A DNA stretch of 47,408 nt from Candidatus Pacearchaeota archaeon (GCA_018304145.1 JAGVWU010000002.1:1-47408), one strand, 5' to 3'; shown: positions 37,386 through 47,408, counted from the first letter of the stretch. Notes: generated from the letters alone by a model not told the origin. A program made the numbers and translations.

Positions 37386-38590
37386 AATAATATTGTAGGC
37401 ATCATCAAACATCCCATTAACATTATTTTTTTAACTTCTGTTAAAATTGCAAAAATTCCCAAGCTTGTTGAACTTATTAAAACCAATAATCCTAACCAAC
37501 CTGAAAATAAAAAAGAAACACCTGTTAATATTATCAAAATACCCGTTGAAATTTTTGAATAATTCATTTTATGAAGATATTTTGCAAAAAGTTTGGATAT
37601 TTTTATTGAAAGAAAAAATACTAAAATTCCAGTTATTGTTATTGCAGTTAATATTAATAATAAATCCTTAAAGGAAAGAGCTGGAAGGAGTTTGGAAATT
37701 GCTGCTGCTGAACCTGTCCTTGTTTTATTTATTGTATAGAGAGTTATAAATGAAAAAGCCATTACAACTACATTAATTGAACTGATTAGAAATAAAAATT
37801 CTTTTTCATTGGACTTGCCTTGAATTTCTGTTCCAATCAATGCTGCTTGAGAGGAGCCCATTCCTGGAAGAAAAGATGGCAATGGAGAAGCTATTATTGA
37901 TGCAAACATGGTTTTTAAAAAAGAAATTTTTGAAAACCCTAAATTTTTTAGATTATCTATTTGCTGACTAGGAATAATTGTTTTTTGTTTTATACTTATT
38001 ATTAAACTGCTTGCTCCAAATAATCCTGTTAATAATGGAAGAAGAGGCTCTTTTATTATGGGATTATTTAATACTGCGATTCCTAGAAATCCTGATAATA
38101 TAAATACAAAAAATGCCAGCACTTTTTTGTATATTCCTTTTTCTCTTGTTATTAAGAATAAAGAAGCAAGAATTAAAATTATGTGCATTATTCTTTGAAT
38201 ATAAGGATAGATAATTGGAAGAGTTATGATAAATAAAGGAGCTAAAATCAAAAAAATTAAAATTCCAGATAAACAGCCCAGAGAAGTTATTATCACTGCT
38301 TTGTGCCCCTGTCCTCGAAGCAGGAGTTTGTGTCCTGGAAGAACTGACAAAAAAGAATCTTCATTTGGAGCCCCTAGATAAATAGATGGAATGAAATCAA
38401 TAAAAGTATGGGTTATTGATAAACTTGCTATAAAAATTACTAAGGAGAGAGGAGTTGTTATTGTCAATAAAAAAGTAGAAACTGAAAGAAGAAATGCTGA
38501 AACAAGATTAATGTGGATGCCGGGGAAGAGGCCTGTGAAGGTGCCGATGAGCACACCGACGGCAAGCGCCAAGATTAGTTCAATTAACAT
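37373..38590 (-). CDS. TctA/DUF112 family membrane protein
   Basis: GTFTGLFPGIHIN, DFIPSIYLGAP, VLPGH, LPGMGSSQA; about 10-12 TM. Confidence 0.88.
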   Translation of the reverse strand: MLIELILALAVGVLIGTFTGLFPGIHINLVSAFLLSVSTFLLTITTPLSLVIFIASLSITHTFIDFIPSIYLGAPNEDSFLSVLPGHKLLLRGQGHKAVIITSLGCLSGILIFLILAPLFIITLPIIYPYIQRIMHIILILASLFLITREKGIYKKVLAFFVFILSGFLGIAVLNNPIIKEPLLPLLTGLFGASSLIISIKQKTIIPSQQIDNLKNLGFSKISFLKTMFASIIASPLPSFLPGMGSSQAALIGTEIQGKSNEKEFLFLISSINVVVMAFSFITLYTINKTRTGSAAAISKLLPALSFKDLLLILTAITITGILVFFLSIKISKLFAKYLHKMNYSKISTGILIILTGVSFLFSGWLGLLVLISSTSLGIFAILTEVKKIMLMGCLMMPTILFYIF

Positions 38591-38697
38591 TTAATTAAAA
38601 AATTATTTTTATTTTTAATTATACAAGAGATAAGAAACCTATTTTGAAAAGATTAGATTTATATAATACTGATTCTATTATTTATTATAAAAAGAGC

Positions 38698-40911
38698 ATG
38701 AAAAACATATTTTTATTTTTTACAATAAGTTTAATTTTATTTTCTTTAATTAATATTGGTTTTATTATTTCAGAAGATCCTGGTATAGCTGCGACTGAAA
38801 CAACAGATTCTCCTGTAACAAATTCTATAGAAACTACAACTTCAGAAACCAGTCCTGGCGAAACTCAAGAGAATTTGCCACAGCAAAACAGCGAAGATTC
38901 TGAGGAATCAACTTCTTCTGCAGTTTCGAGAGAAACTGGTCTATCAGATAAATTGATAGAAAGCCCGGAAACTTCTATTTCTGATGAGACAGAAAGTTCT
39001 GCAGAGGATTTGGATAAATTAGAAAAAGAATTTAAGGAAGAAGAACTTAACATAGATACTGGGATAACTCCAGACAGTAATTTTTATTTTATTGAAGATC
39101 AAATTTTAAGCAGATTCAGAGATGATTTAGGAAATAGAGAGAGAAAAGTAGGTGAAATAAGAGAAATGATTAAAAAGGGAGATATGGAATCCGCTAGAAT
39201 ATCCCTGAGAAAATATAAAGAATATGCTGAGAATCTTGAAAAAGAAGTTGATCCTGAAAAGAGAGAAGAAGCGCGAAGAAGTGCAGCTGCTATTTATAAC
39301 ACTTTAAAAGATATTGAGAACGAACTTTCAAAAGAGGATAAGAAGGAATTTATAGATGAAATTCTTGATAATGAGAAGACAATTGTGACTGCTGCTGAAA
39401 TTTCAAATAAAATCAAATTATTATGCGAGCAATTAGCTGGATTAGACCCTATAGAATATTCAAAAATGTGCGGAATCAAAGATGATGCTCCGGATTGGCA
39501 GAAAAAATTAGACAAAAAATTAACAAAAGAGCAGGAAAAAGAAGCAAAAGAATTTGGCGAAATAATGTCTGAATGTTTTAAAAGTTCTGGAAGAGAGTGC
39601 AGATGTAAAGATATTTCTTTTTATGATTTTTCAATAACCTGCAGTAAAATAGCACCTCTTGCTATTAATTGTGATAAGGGCGATGAAAACGCATGCGAGG
39701 AAATGGAAAATATAGAAATGCCTAACCTGCCCCCTCATTTAGAGGATATTTTTGAGGATATAGAAAGAAAATATAAAGGAGGGCAGATGGACTTATTTTT
39801 TCCAAAAGAATGCATAAAAGCCGGTGTTAAAGATAAAGAAGGATGCATGCTGGTAATGTTTGAGCTTAATGCTCCCGAAGAATGCGTTGAAGCATTAAAG
39901 GAGGGGAAAATTAATCCTAAAAATGAAAAAGAAGCACGTGAGGCATGCGATAAAATAATGTTCAATGAAAATGCTCCTGAAGAATGTATTGAAGCAGGCA
40001 TAACAAATCCTAAAGAATGCGGAAAATATATGTTCAATGAAAATGCTCCTGAAGAATGTATTGAAGCAGGATTAACAGGAAAAAGAGGGGATGATAAAAA
40101 ATGCAAAGAAATTATGGACAAGATAAATAATGAAGAAGGGCGTGATTATAAAGAAAGCCGTGATTATAAAGAAAGCCGAGGGAGTTCAAGAGGGTCTCCT
40201 GGTGCAGGATGCATGAAAATACAAAATTCAGAGGATAGATTAATTTGTTTTGAAGAAGCTGTTGGCAAAATGGGGGAAGAATATGGAGTAGGAGAATTTG
40301 AGAAATATTCCGGCGAAATAACTCTGGAATGCAAAGAGAATCGAATCCATGAGCCTAGGGAGTGTGAAAGATTTATGAGAGAAGAATTTCCTCAAATAAA
40401 AGAACAAAGGCAAAGAAATAGGGAAAATCAAGATAAGGAAATGGAATTAAGAGGAAGAGATTTTGCTTCTAAAATGGGTGCTGCAAATCCAGACAAACCC
40501 TGTCCTGATGGTGTTTGTGATGATTTTGAGAGAAATAATTATGCCTGCCCTGAAGATTGTGGGGGCAAAAGAGGAGAAGGAGATTTAGGAAGCTATAAAT
40601 CTGAAAATTATGAATATAGTGAGTGTAAAGATGGATGCAATCAAGAATGTCCTGGTGCTTCAAGAACAGATTGCGTTGATAATGGCAGAAGATGCCAATG
40701 TTTTTATGAAGAAAAGGAATCGCCACCTCAAGAACCAGCTCCAACCCCTTCACCTGAACCAACACCCTCTCCTGAACCAACCCCTTCACCTGAACCAACA
40801 CCCTCTCCTGAACCAACCCCTTCACCTGAACCAACCTCTGAACCTGCTCCTGTAACAGGAGGAGTGATAAATATTGATAATAAGTTTTTAGATTATTGGT
40901 TTGAGAGATGA
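38698..40911 (+). CDS. large secreted/surface Cys-rich protein with DUF5667-like region and PEPTPS stalk (ATG 38698 preferred)
   Basis: N-terminal hydrophobic helix, S/T/E-rich linker, GITPDSNFYF, APEECIEAG repeats, VTGGVI..FLDYWF tail. Confidence 0.78.
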   Translation: MKNIFLFFTISLILFSLINIGFIISEDPGIAATETTDSPVTNSIETTTSETSPGETQENLPQQNSEDSEESTSSAVSRETGLSDKLIESPETSISDETESSAEDLDKLEKEFKEEELNIDTGITPDSNFYFIEDQILSRFRDDLGNRERKVGEIREMIKKGDMESARISLRKYKEYAENLEKEVDPEKREEARRSAAAIYNTLKDIENELSKEDKKEFIDEILDNEKTIVTAAEISNKIKLLCEQLAGLDPIEYSKMCGIKDDAPDWQKKLDKKLTKEQEKEAKEFGEIMSECFKSSGRECRCKDISFYDFSITCSKIAPLAINCDKGDENACEEMENIEMPNLPPHLEDIFEDIERKYKGGQMDLFFPKECIKAGVKDKEGCMLVMFELNAPEECVEALKEGKINPKNEKEAREACDKIMFNENAPEECIEAGITNPKECGKYMFNENAPEECIEAGLTGKRGDDKKCKEIMDKINNEEGRDYKESRDYKESRGSSRGSPGAGCMKIQNSEDRLICFEEAVGKMGEEYGVGEFEKYSGEITLECKENRIHEPRECERFMREEFPQIKEQRQRNRENQDKEMELRGRDFASKMGAANPDKPCPDGVCDDFERNNYACPEDCGGKRGEGDLGSYKSENYEYSECKDGCNQECPGASRTDCVDNGRRCQCFYEEKESPPQEPAPTPSPEPTPSPEPTPSPEPTPSPEPTPSPEPTSEPAPVTGGVINIDNKFLDYWFER
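40741..40845 (+). repeat. 18-bp tandem repeat (36-bp higher-order period) encoding PTPSPE
   Basis: ccaaccccttcacctgaa alternating with ccaacaccctctcctgaa. Confidence 0.92.
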
Positions 40912-41012
40912 AAAAATTAAAAATCCAAAGATTTTCATTTCATATATCTCTAAATGCGATTTTGTTTGTGTAAACCTTAGTCTGTCAAAATCTCTTATAG
41001 ATTTTTGATACT

Positions 41013-41441
41013 TTAGCAAAATGGATTAATTATGTTTAATAATGGGATTTTAAAATCCCTTGAATTTTCTGTGTAAATGTTTAAAATTCCATTTTCAATC
41101 ATTGTTGCAGCAATTAATGAATCCCAAAAAGACATTTGATATTCTTTTGAGAAGTCAATTGCAGAAAGAATAGTTTTCCTTTTATAACTTATTTTTTTAA
41201 ATCCCTCAAAATCTGAAATATCTCTAATAATATTTTTGACTATGTTTGCATTTAATTTTAATTTTTTGAGTGAAACAACAGAGAATTCTGCTAAATTTTG
41301 ATTGGAAATAGCAAGAGCTATTTCTTTTTTATAACATTTTTCTAAGATTTCAAGAGATTTCTTTTTTCTTAAACTATCTTCATTTTCATAAGCATAAACA
41401 ATTATATTTGTATCAACAAGAAATATTTCCTCTTTTTTCAT
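41013..41441 (-). CDS. vapC: PIN-domain toxin (VapC)
   Basis: LVDTNIIVY, QNLAEF, SFWDSLIAA, IYTEN..DF. Confidence 0.92.
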   Translation of the reverse strand: MKKEEIFLVDTNIIVYAYENEDSLRKKKSLEILEKCYKKEIALAISNQNLAEFSVVSLKKLKLNANIVKNIIRDISDFEGFKKISYKRKTILSAIDFSKEYQMSFWDSLIAATMIENGILNIYTENSRDFKIPLLNIINPFC

Positions 41442-41670
41442 AGATTTCTCCCCTGTTAAATTTATAATTTTTTAAAGACCAAACTCCCTGTTTCATTGTT
41501 TTAATCTGCCTTTCAGTTATTTCTTTTTGTTTTTGTTCAAATATCCATTCTTTTATTGCTTGTTCTATTGCTTTTCCAAGTATACCTTTACCCTCTCCAA
41601 ATTTTAATTTTACAATATTCCTAAATTCCTTATTTATTTCATCATTTACATTTAAGGTGATTGTTGCCAT
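41413..41670 (-). CDS. RHH-type antitoxin (VapB)
   Basis: MATITLNVNDE..FR..GKAIEQAIKEW; overlaps the toxin start. Confidence 0.8.
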   Translation of the reverse strand: MATITLNVNDEINKEFRNIVKLKFGEGKGILGKAIEQAIKEWIFEQKQKEITERQIKTMKQGVWSLKNYKFNRGEIYEKRGNISC

Positions 41671-41816
41671 AATATATTTATATTTATTATATATTTAAAT
41701 GTTTGTTTTTATTAAATATTTGGAATTCGAGAAAGATTTAAAAGGTAAAGATTTATTGAGTTTTGTAGAGGTGAATTCTAGAGGTGTTAGGAAAATTAAA
41801 TTATTAATAATATAAA

Positions 41817-42053
41817 ATGACAGCCGAGAGTTATAATGTAAGTGATTATGCAGAATTTTTAGGATTATATGACAGAGCTTATTCTGGAGAGTCTTTAAGG
41901 ATAGTTACAGATTCTGAATTAGGCAAAAGAATAGTTTTGGAGTTACCAAGATTAAGAGGAGCCTCTGAATTAGAATTTTCTCTTGTGCATTTTATGCGTG
42001 GAACTGTTATTGATTTTAAAGGAAAAAAATCTAGAGGACAAAATGCCCATTGA
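41817..42053 (+). CDS. hypothetical protein
   Basis: 78-aa ORF overlapping the next start by 11 nt. Confidence 0.6.
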   Translation: MTAESYNVSDYAEFLGLYDRAYSGESLRIVTDSELGKRIVLELPRLRGASELEFSLVHFMRGTVIDFKGKKSRGQNAH

Positions 42054-43119
42054 TTTAAGAACTCGAAAATTAGCACAACTTGCTGTAAGATATTCTGTTG
42101 CAGTCAAGCCAGGAGAAAAAGTAATTATTAGCGGAGGTTATGAATCTGTGCCCTTTCTTATGGAACTTTATAAAGAGATTATATTGAGAAAAGCTATACC
42201 TATTGTTAAAATTGGCTTGCCAAATATAGCTGATTTTTTTTATAAATATGCAAATGAGGAACAGCTTAAATTTTTTCCTGATTACTGGTTTAATACTGTA
42301 AAAGAAGCACAGGCTTATATTGGAGTAAGTTCCAATGAGAATACAAGAGAACTAACAAATTCTAATTCTAAAAAAATAGCCCTTAGGCAGGGAATTATGC
42401 ATCCTATTTCAGATTATATTGTAAATACTTCTGATAAAATAAGAAGAGTCAGTGTTGCGTTTCCATGTGTTTCATTAGCACAAGAAGCTGAAATGAGTTT
42501 AAATGAATATGAAAATTTTGTTTATAATGCCTGTTTAATTAATTGGAAGTTGTTTGGAAAAAGATTGGATGAGCTTGCGAGAATTTTTGAAAGAGGGAAA
42601 AATGTTTGGTTGAAAGGTGAGAATGTGGATTTAAAATTTTTAATTAAAGGAAAAAATTGTGTTGCTGACAAAGGAGAGGAAAATATGCCTGGAGGAGAGC
42701 TTTTCATGGCTCCTGTAAGAGAAAGTCTGAATGGAGGGATTAAATTTGAATATCCTGCAATAAGAGATGGAAAAGAAGTTACAGATATTAGACTTGTTTT
42801 TAAAGAAGGTAAGGTTATTGAATCTGATGCTTCTAAAAACAAGGATTTTTTAAAAGAAATGCTGAATGTTGATGAAAATGCAAGCTATGTTGGAGAGTTT
42901 GGTATTGGGTGCAATCCAAAAATAAACAGATTTACAAAAGACCTGCTGTTTGATGAAAAAATAAATGGAACAATACACCTGGCTTTAGGAATGGCTTACA
43001 AACAGAATGGTGGAGGAAACGACAGCAAAATTCATTGGGACATTGTTAAAGATATGCACAAAGCTAAAATAATTTTAGATGGAAAGGTTGTGCAAGAGAA
43101 TGGAAAGTGGAAAGTGTAA
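42043..43119 (+). CDS. M29 aminopeptidase (AmpS/aminopeptidase T); start ATG 42043
   Basis: NMPGGELF, GEFGIG, LFDEKI.GTIHLALG, SKIHWD. Confidence 0.93.
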   Translation: MPIDLRTRKLAQLAVRYSVAVKPGEKVIISGGYESVPFLMELYKEIILRKAIPIVKIGLPNIADFFYKYANEEQLKFFPDYWFNTVKEAQAYIGVSSNENTRELTNSNSKKIALRQGIMHPISDYIVNTSDKIRRVSVAFPCVSLAQEAEMSLNEYENFVYNACLINWKLFGKRLDELARIFERGKNVWLKGENVDLKFLIKGKNCVADKGEENMPGGELFMAPVRESLNGGIKFEYPAIRDGKEVTDIRLVFKEGKVIESDASKNKDFLKEMLNVDENASYVGEFGIGCNPKINRFTKDLLFDEKINGTIHLALGMAYKQNGGGNDSKIHWDIVKDMHKAKIILDGKVVQENGKWKV

Positions 43120-43355
43120 TGATAATAAAGACTTTTATGATGAATTGATAAATCTCAGGATAGATAGAAAAGCAAAAAACTTGTATATTCTTAGTGAAAA
43201 AGATAGATTAAAAGAAATTAGAGTAACTATGCTTGATTTAGAAATTGGAGTTTTAAGAGAATACAGATGTAGAAATTAAAAGTGGATTGGAAAAAATTTA
43301 AAAATAATTTTAAAAAACAAAGTTTTTAAGCTTGAAATTTCTTATATAATAAAAA

Positions 43356-44324
43356 ATGGTGAATCAAGTAATTTTAGACTATTTAAGCAGGTATTCTGGA
43401 ATGTATAAACTGGAAGATTTAAAGAATAAAATAATTGCTACAGGTTATTCTCCTCAAGAGGTTGACGAAGCTTCAGGAGTTCTTGGATTAGAAGGAGGGG
43501 TTGAAAAAAATGATTTACAATTTCAAGCATTAGAAGAAAAATTTGCTGTAAAAACTTTTAAATGGATGAAGTTTGGAGGAATAATTGGAATTATTTTTTT
43601 GACTTTGGGAATTATAGGTTCTATTGCCTCAATTATTCTACCCATTTTATATACTCAGAGCTTTGATGGTTCAACAATAGAAAAGCTTTCTTCTTTTTTT
43701 GTCCCTCTTATTATAATAATAACTATTTTATTTTTATTATTTTCTTTAGTTTCTATTGTTTTTTGCAAAGGTTTTGCTAAGATGGGTGAATTTTGTGAAT
43801 CTAAATTACTAAAATATTCTTCCTTGGCATTTATCTTTTTGATAATCTTATTCATAATTTTGGGTTTAATTTTTATTGTTTTTTTGATGATTTTTGGTAA
43901 TGAGATTGCAAACTCATTATTAGAAACAGGTAATACTGGAAGAGGGTTAAGTGTTGGAATACCTACAGGTTCTGCAATAAATGTTACAGGGGCATATTTT
44001 GGTATTTTTGGATTTGTTTTAATCACAGGAGTTTTTTTATTGTTCTTTATTGTTTTTATAAATATGGTTTTATTTTTTATTGGATTAGTTCAAGCAGGAA
44101 AGAAAGCAAGATTTGCAAAAATTGCAGGCATTTCAGGATTAATGTTATTTTTAGTTTTTATAGGATTTGGCAGCCTGTTCTTAAATCCTCTTCTGCTAAT
44201 TGCAATAAGTGCATCTAAATTTGGAGTTTTTTTTATTGGAAGTATTTTCTTAAGTTTAGGATGTTTGGTTTTATTATTTATGAGCTTATCTTTATTTGAT
44301 GTTTCCAGAAAGTTTGAGGGTTAA
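43356..44324 (+). CDS. multi-pass membrane protein
   Basis: About 6 TM; small N-terminal GYSPQEVDEA domain. Confidence 0.75.
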   Translation: MVNQVILDYLSRYSGMYKLEDLKNKIIATGYSPQEVDEASGVLGLEGGVEKNDLQFQALEEKFAVKTFKWMKFGGIIGIIFLTLGIIGSIASIILPILYTQSFDGSTIEKLSSFFVPLIIIITILFLLFSLVSIVFCKGFAKMGEFCESKLLKYSSLAFIFLIILFIILGLIFIVFLMIFGNEIANSLLETGNTGRGLSVGIPTGSAINVTGAYFGIFGFVLITGVFLLFFIVFINMVLFFIGLVQAGKKARFAKIAGISGLMLFLVFIGFGSLFLNPLLLIAISASKFGVFFIGSIFLSLGCLVLLFMSLSLFDVSRKFEG

Positions 44325-44660
44325 GATTTTATCCGCCTGAACCTGTAATCTTTTGTTATATTCAGTCAGTCTTCCTATTATTGTTATTTCCTGATTCAGC
44401 TTTATATGTAATTTATTATATTTATTAATTAAAACTGGAATTTCTCCGGTTTTATCCTGGATTGTTAAAATTTGAAAGGTATTATATTCTTTAATACCTG
44501 TTGTATTTCCTTTAATTTGAATTTTTTGATTTAATAAATCTTTATTAATTGTTTTAATTTCTATTAATTCCGGCTGAGAAATATCAGACAATAGAAGAAG
44601 AATTAAAATTCCTGCCAAAGATATTATAAACGAAATCTTTAATAACATTGAATTTTGCAT
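44292..44660 (-). CDS. membrane-anchored OB-fold protein
   Basis: N-terminal TM; IQIKG..LTIQDKTGEI..ITIIGRLTEY..LQVQADKI. Confidence 0.8.
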   Translation of the reverse strand: MQNSMLLKISFIISLAGILILLLLSDISQPELIEIKTINKDLLNQKIQIKGNTTGIKEYNTFQILTIQDKTGEIPVLINKYNKLHIKLNQEITIIGRLTEYNKRLQVQADKILTLKLSGNIK

Positions 44661-44773
44661 TTATTATTTCAGATTAGAGAATTAATAAAAATATAGATAC
44701 TTCTTAAAGGGTTTTTGATAAAAATAAACAGATTTACAGAAAGATTTAATAACATTCTTTTTATTGTTTTTTT

Positions 44774-45787
44774 ATGGAATCAAGTATTGATGAAAGGTTT
44801 AAATTAATCAAAAGAAACACACAAGAAATTGTAACAGAAGATGAATTAAAGGAGCTTTTAAAGAAAAAGAAAAATCCTGTTGTTTATTGGGGAACTGCTG
44901 TTACAGGAAAACCCTCTTTGGCATATTTTTTTCCATTATTGAAGCTTTCGGATTTTTCTAAAGCAGGATTTAGAGTTAAGATACTTCTTGCAGATTTGCA
45001 TGGAGCCTTGGATGGAACTTCTTGGGCTATTCTGGAAAATAGATATGATTATTACAAAGAGGCAATAAGCCAGATTTTGAAAGCATTAGGAACTGATTTG
45101 AAAAAAATAGAATTTGTTCAGGGAAGTGCATTTCAACTAGGGCATGAGTATATGTATGATGTCTTAAAAATAGCAAGTTTGGCTTCTGTTCATGACTGCA
45201 AGAAAGCTGCATCAGAGGTTGTTAAATTAGGAGATAATCCTATGCTAGGAGGATTGATTTATCCTATAATGCAGGCTTTGGATGAGCAATATTTAGAAGT
45301 TGATGTTCAGTTCGGAGGAGTGGACCAAAGAAAAATTTTAATGTTTGCAAGAGAAAACCTTCCCAAAATAAATTATGACAGGAGAGTGGAGGTAATGAAT
45401 CCAATGATACAGGGGTTAATTGGAAAGAAAATGAGTTCTTCAGATATAAAATCCAAGATTGATTTGACTGATGACGAGAAGACAGTGAGAGATAAAATAA
45501 ATTCTGCTTATTGCATGGAAGGAGATCCTGACTGCGGAATAATGGATTTTTTAAAATATGTCATAATGACTGTAAAAGAGGATGAAAGAAAAAAGTTTAT
45601 TATTGAAAGGTCTCCAAAGTTTGGAGGAAATGTTTCATATTCAAGCTATGCTGAAATTGAACAGGCATTTATTAAAAAAGAGCTCCATCCCATGGATTTA
45701 AAAAATGCTTTAGTTAAAGAAATTGTTAAATTGCTTTCTGTAATTGATAAAAAGAAATTGAATGAGCTGGCGAAAAAGGCATATTGA
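44774..45787 (+). CDS. tyrS: tyrosyl-tRNA synthetase
   Basis: YWGTAVTGKP, ADLH, YPIMQALD, QFGGVDQRK, KMSSS, LHPMDLK. Confidence 0.96.
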   Translation: MESSIDERFKLIKRNTQEIVTEDELKELLKKKKNPVVYWGTAVTGKPSLAYFFPLLKLSDFSKAGFRVKILLADLHGALDGTSWAILENRYDYYKEAISQILKALGTDLKKIEFVQGSAFQLGHEYMYDVLKIASLASVHDCKKAASEVVKLGDNPMLGGLIYPIMQALDEQYLEVDVQFGGVDQRKILMFARENLPKINYDRRVEVMNPMIQGLIGKKMSSSDIKSKIDLTDDEKTVRDKINSAYCMEGDPDCGIMDFLKYVIMTVKEDERKKFIIERSPKFGGNVSYSSYAEIEQAFIKKELHPMDLKNALVKEIVKLLSVIDKKKLNELAKKAY

Positions 45788-45995
45788 AATATTTCTTCTT
45801 GATAAGAATTTTTGCTAAAATAAAAATAGGTATTTTAGAAAATTAATCGCTTTCAGCAGCTTAATTTTCTAACTTTATTAATAAAACCTAAAAAGAATAT
45901 AATTATGTTATCAATGTTAAAAACATCTTTTAACAAAATTGTAATATATTATCTTCTACAATTAACCTTTTAAATATTCAAGAGATAACTTGACA

Positions 45996-46304
45996 ATGAG
46001 TCAAAATCCTGTTTTATAGGAAGATAGCGATATAAGAATAGAACATTATCCAACAAGTCCTGAAGACTATTTGCTTTTTCTTTTAAGGGGGAAGAATTAC
46101 AATATATTATTCCCGAGGATGTTTAAGAGAATTTGCAACAACTTCCAGGGATAGAATGGGTTTAGCAATGAAATGCATGATAGAGATATGACTGATGAAG
46201 CTCTTAGAATAGGATTGAGTGTTGATTCTTTAGGTTTGGGAATGGCCAAAGCTTATATTGAAAATGAAAGGAGATATCAAGATTTGAGAGATGAACAAAG
46301 ATAA
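45996..46304 (+). pseudogene. degraded small gene
   Basis: TATA then ATG 45996; MSQNPVL*EDSDIRIEHYPTSPEDY..., apparent frameshifts, ending ...GLGMAKAYIENERRYQDLRDEQR*. Confidence 0.5.
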
Positions 46305-46320
46305 TTTTTGGGATATATTT

Positions 46321-47226
46321 TTACTTAGTATAAAATTCTGCAATATCCTTGTCTTTTAGAACATGTTTTAAGCCGACTTTTTGGCCTAAGAATTTTGCAC
46401 TTGGGCCGAAGATTTTAGCATATTTAACTTTCTTGCTGTAACCATTAAGGATTTTTTCAGCAAGTTGTTCAAGAGTTGATCCTGGCTTCATTACCATAGG
46501 AACATTATCTTCTTTTTTTCCAGGCTGTCTTGTATAAATTCTTATTATACAAAAGGACTTGAAAATTTTTTCTTTTAATTCTTTTATTCCTTCATCTGTT
46601 AGTGTTGAAGTTAAAACAAAATTATATTTTTTTGTTTTTAAAGTCTCTCCAATCTTCCTTTTTGTCTGTTCGTCATACAAGTCTATTTTATTAAAAATTA
46701 TTATTTTTTTTGCCATTTTATTTTTTATTATATCCAAAATTGAATCTATTTCATGAATTTTTTCAATTACTATCAATAGAAGATCAGCATTATTTACAAT
46801 TCCATGGTCAAAACTTTCGCTTGCTATTGGAGGCAAATCAATTATTTGAATATTGCAACCTTCATAGTTTAGAGTTCCTATTTCAGGCTCTGTTGTTGTA
46901 AAGCCATAACTGGCTATTTTTGGGTTAGCATTTGTAAGGGATTTTAGAATAGAAGATTTTCCAGAATTAGTCAGCCCGATTATTATTGCCTGCATATCTT
47001 CTTTTTTAATCCCTTTTTTTCCTTTGTTTCTTTTTTTTGATTTTGTTATAGACTCTTTTAATTTCTTAATTTTTAATCTCATATCTCCCCTGAATTTTTC
47101 ACTCCCTTTATGAGAAGGTGCTGTTCTTAGCATTTCTTCCAGTGCAGCAAGCTCTTCTTCATCAGTTTTGGCTTCTCTGTACTTTTGCTCAGCTTTTCCA
47201 AATTTAAATCCAGCATTAATTGGCAT
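46321..47226 (-). CDS. DRG/OBG-family GTPase with TGS domain
   Basis: APSHKGSE, GLTNSGKSS, YGFTT, DLPP, NKID, TGS GQKVGLKHVLKDKD. Confidence 0.92.
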   Translation of the reverse strand: MPINAGFKFGKAEQKYREAKTDEEELAALEEMLRTAPSHKGSEKFRGDMRLKIKKLKESITKSKKRNKGKKGIKKEDMQAIIIGLTNSGKSSILKSLTNANPKIASYGFTTTEPEIGTLNYEGCNIQIIDLPPIASESFDHGIVNNADLLLIVIEKIHEIDSILDIIKNKMAKKIIIFNKIDLYDEQTKRKIGETLKTKKYNFVLTSTLTDEGIKELKEKIFKSFCIIRIYTRQPGKKEDNVPMVMKPGSTLEQLAEKILNGYSKKVKYAKIFGPSAKFLGQKVGLKHVLKDKDIAEFYTK

Positions 47227-47408
47227 AAATAAATTAGTTAAAATGATTTTAAAAATTTATGGAGTTAGAAGATTTTATATATTCTTATTATTTTTGTATT
47301 AAATGAAAAATTCCAAAAAAAGAAGTTATAAAAAATCTTCTAACTCCATAAATTTTTAAAATCATTTTAACAAATTTATTTATGCCAATTAATGCTGGAT
47401 TTAAATTT
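47200..47408. repeat. 77-bp inverted repeat running to the window end
   Basis: 47200-47276 vs 47332-47408, 76/77 complementary. Confidence 0.9.

Noticed and set aside
38865-40855. Antisense and alternate-frame ORFs within the large surface protein
   Set aside because: By-products of codon bias and the 18-bp repeat
43079-43279. 66-aa ORF after the aminopeptidase
   Set aside because: Start lies 41 nt inside the upstream gene and there is no recognisable motif; may be a remnant but unsupported
7502-47408. Second VR or remote DGR target
   Set aside because: No further TR-like sequence or GCGCC-GAA-GGCGC hairpin noticed by eye; not an exhaustive search

Overview
AT-rich archaeal chromosomal segment. 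The gene set (rpl18e-rpl13-rps9, PolD DP1/DP2, Cdc6/Orc1, XerA, Lhr, DRG GTPase, TyrRS) and the TATA-box/leaderless gene starts point to a DPANN archaeon, most likely Pacearchaeota/Woesearchaeota-like (inference). Main observations: (1) A diversity-generating retroelement at 4468-6634, all on the minus strand, made of an RT, a 91-nt TR, a VR with 14 of 15 differences at TR adenines, and a GAA-loop hairpin. No avd gene is present, a structured RNA leader sits where it would be, and the VR lies inside the target gene rather than at its end. (2) A convergent pair of coiled-coil/winged-helix genes (16528-18330) whose low-complexity linkers are DNA motif arrays. One holds two identical 22-bp ORB-like boxes in different reading frames that match the box upstream of cdc6. 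The other holds repeated 12-bp CTGTTYAAACAG palindromes. The palindrome and the CAGA/CAAA tracts recur together at an intergenic site near 24.4 kb, suggesting an origin- or centromere-in-gene replication/segregation system. (3) A dif-like site near xerA inside a variable small-ORF region. (4) A tRNA-Leu that reads as anticodon AAG. (5) An inverted duplication at the right end of the window. All product calls come from motif recognition by eye; no searches were run.
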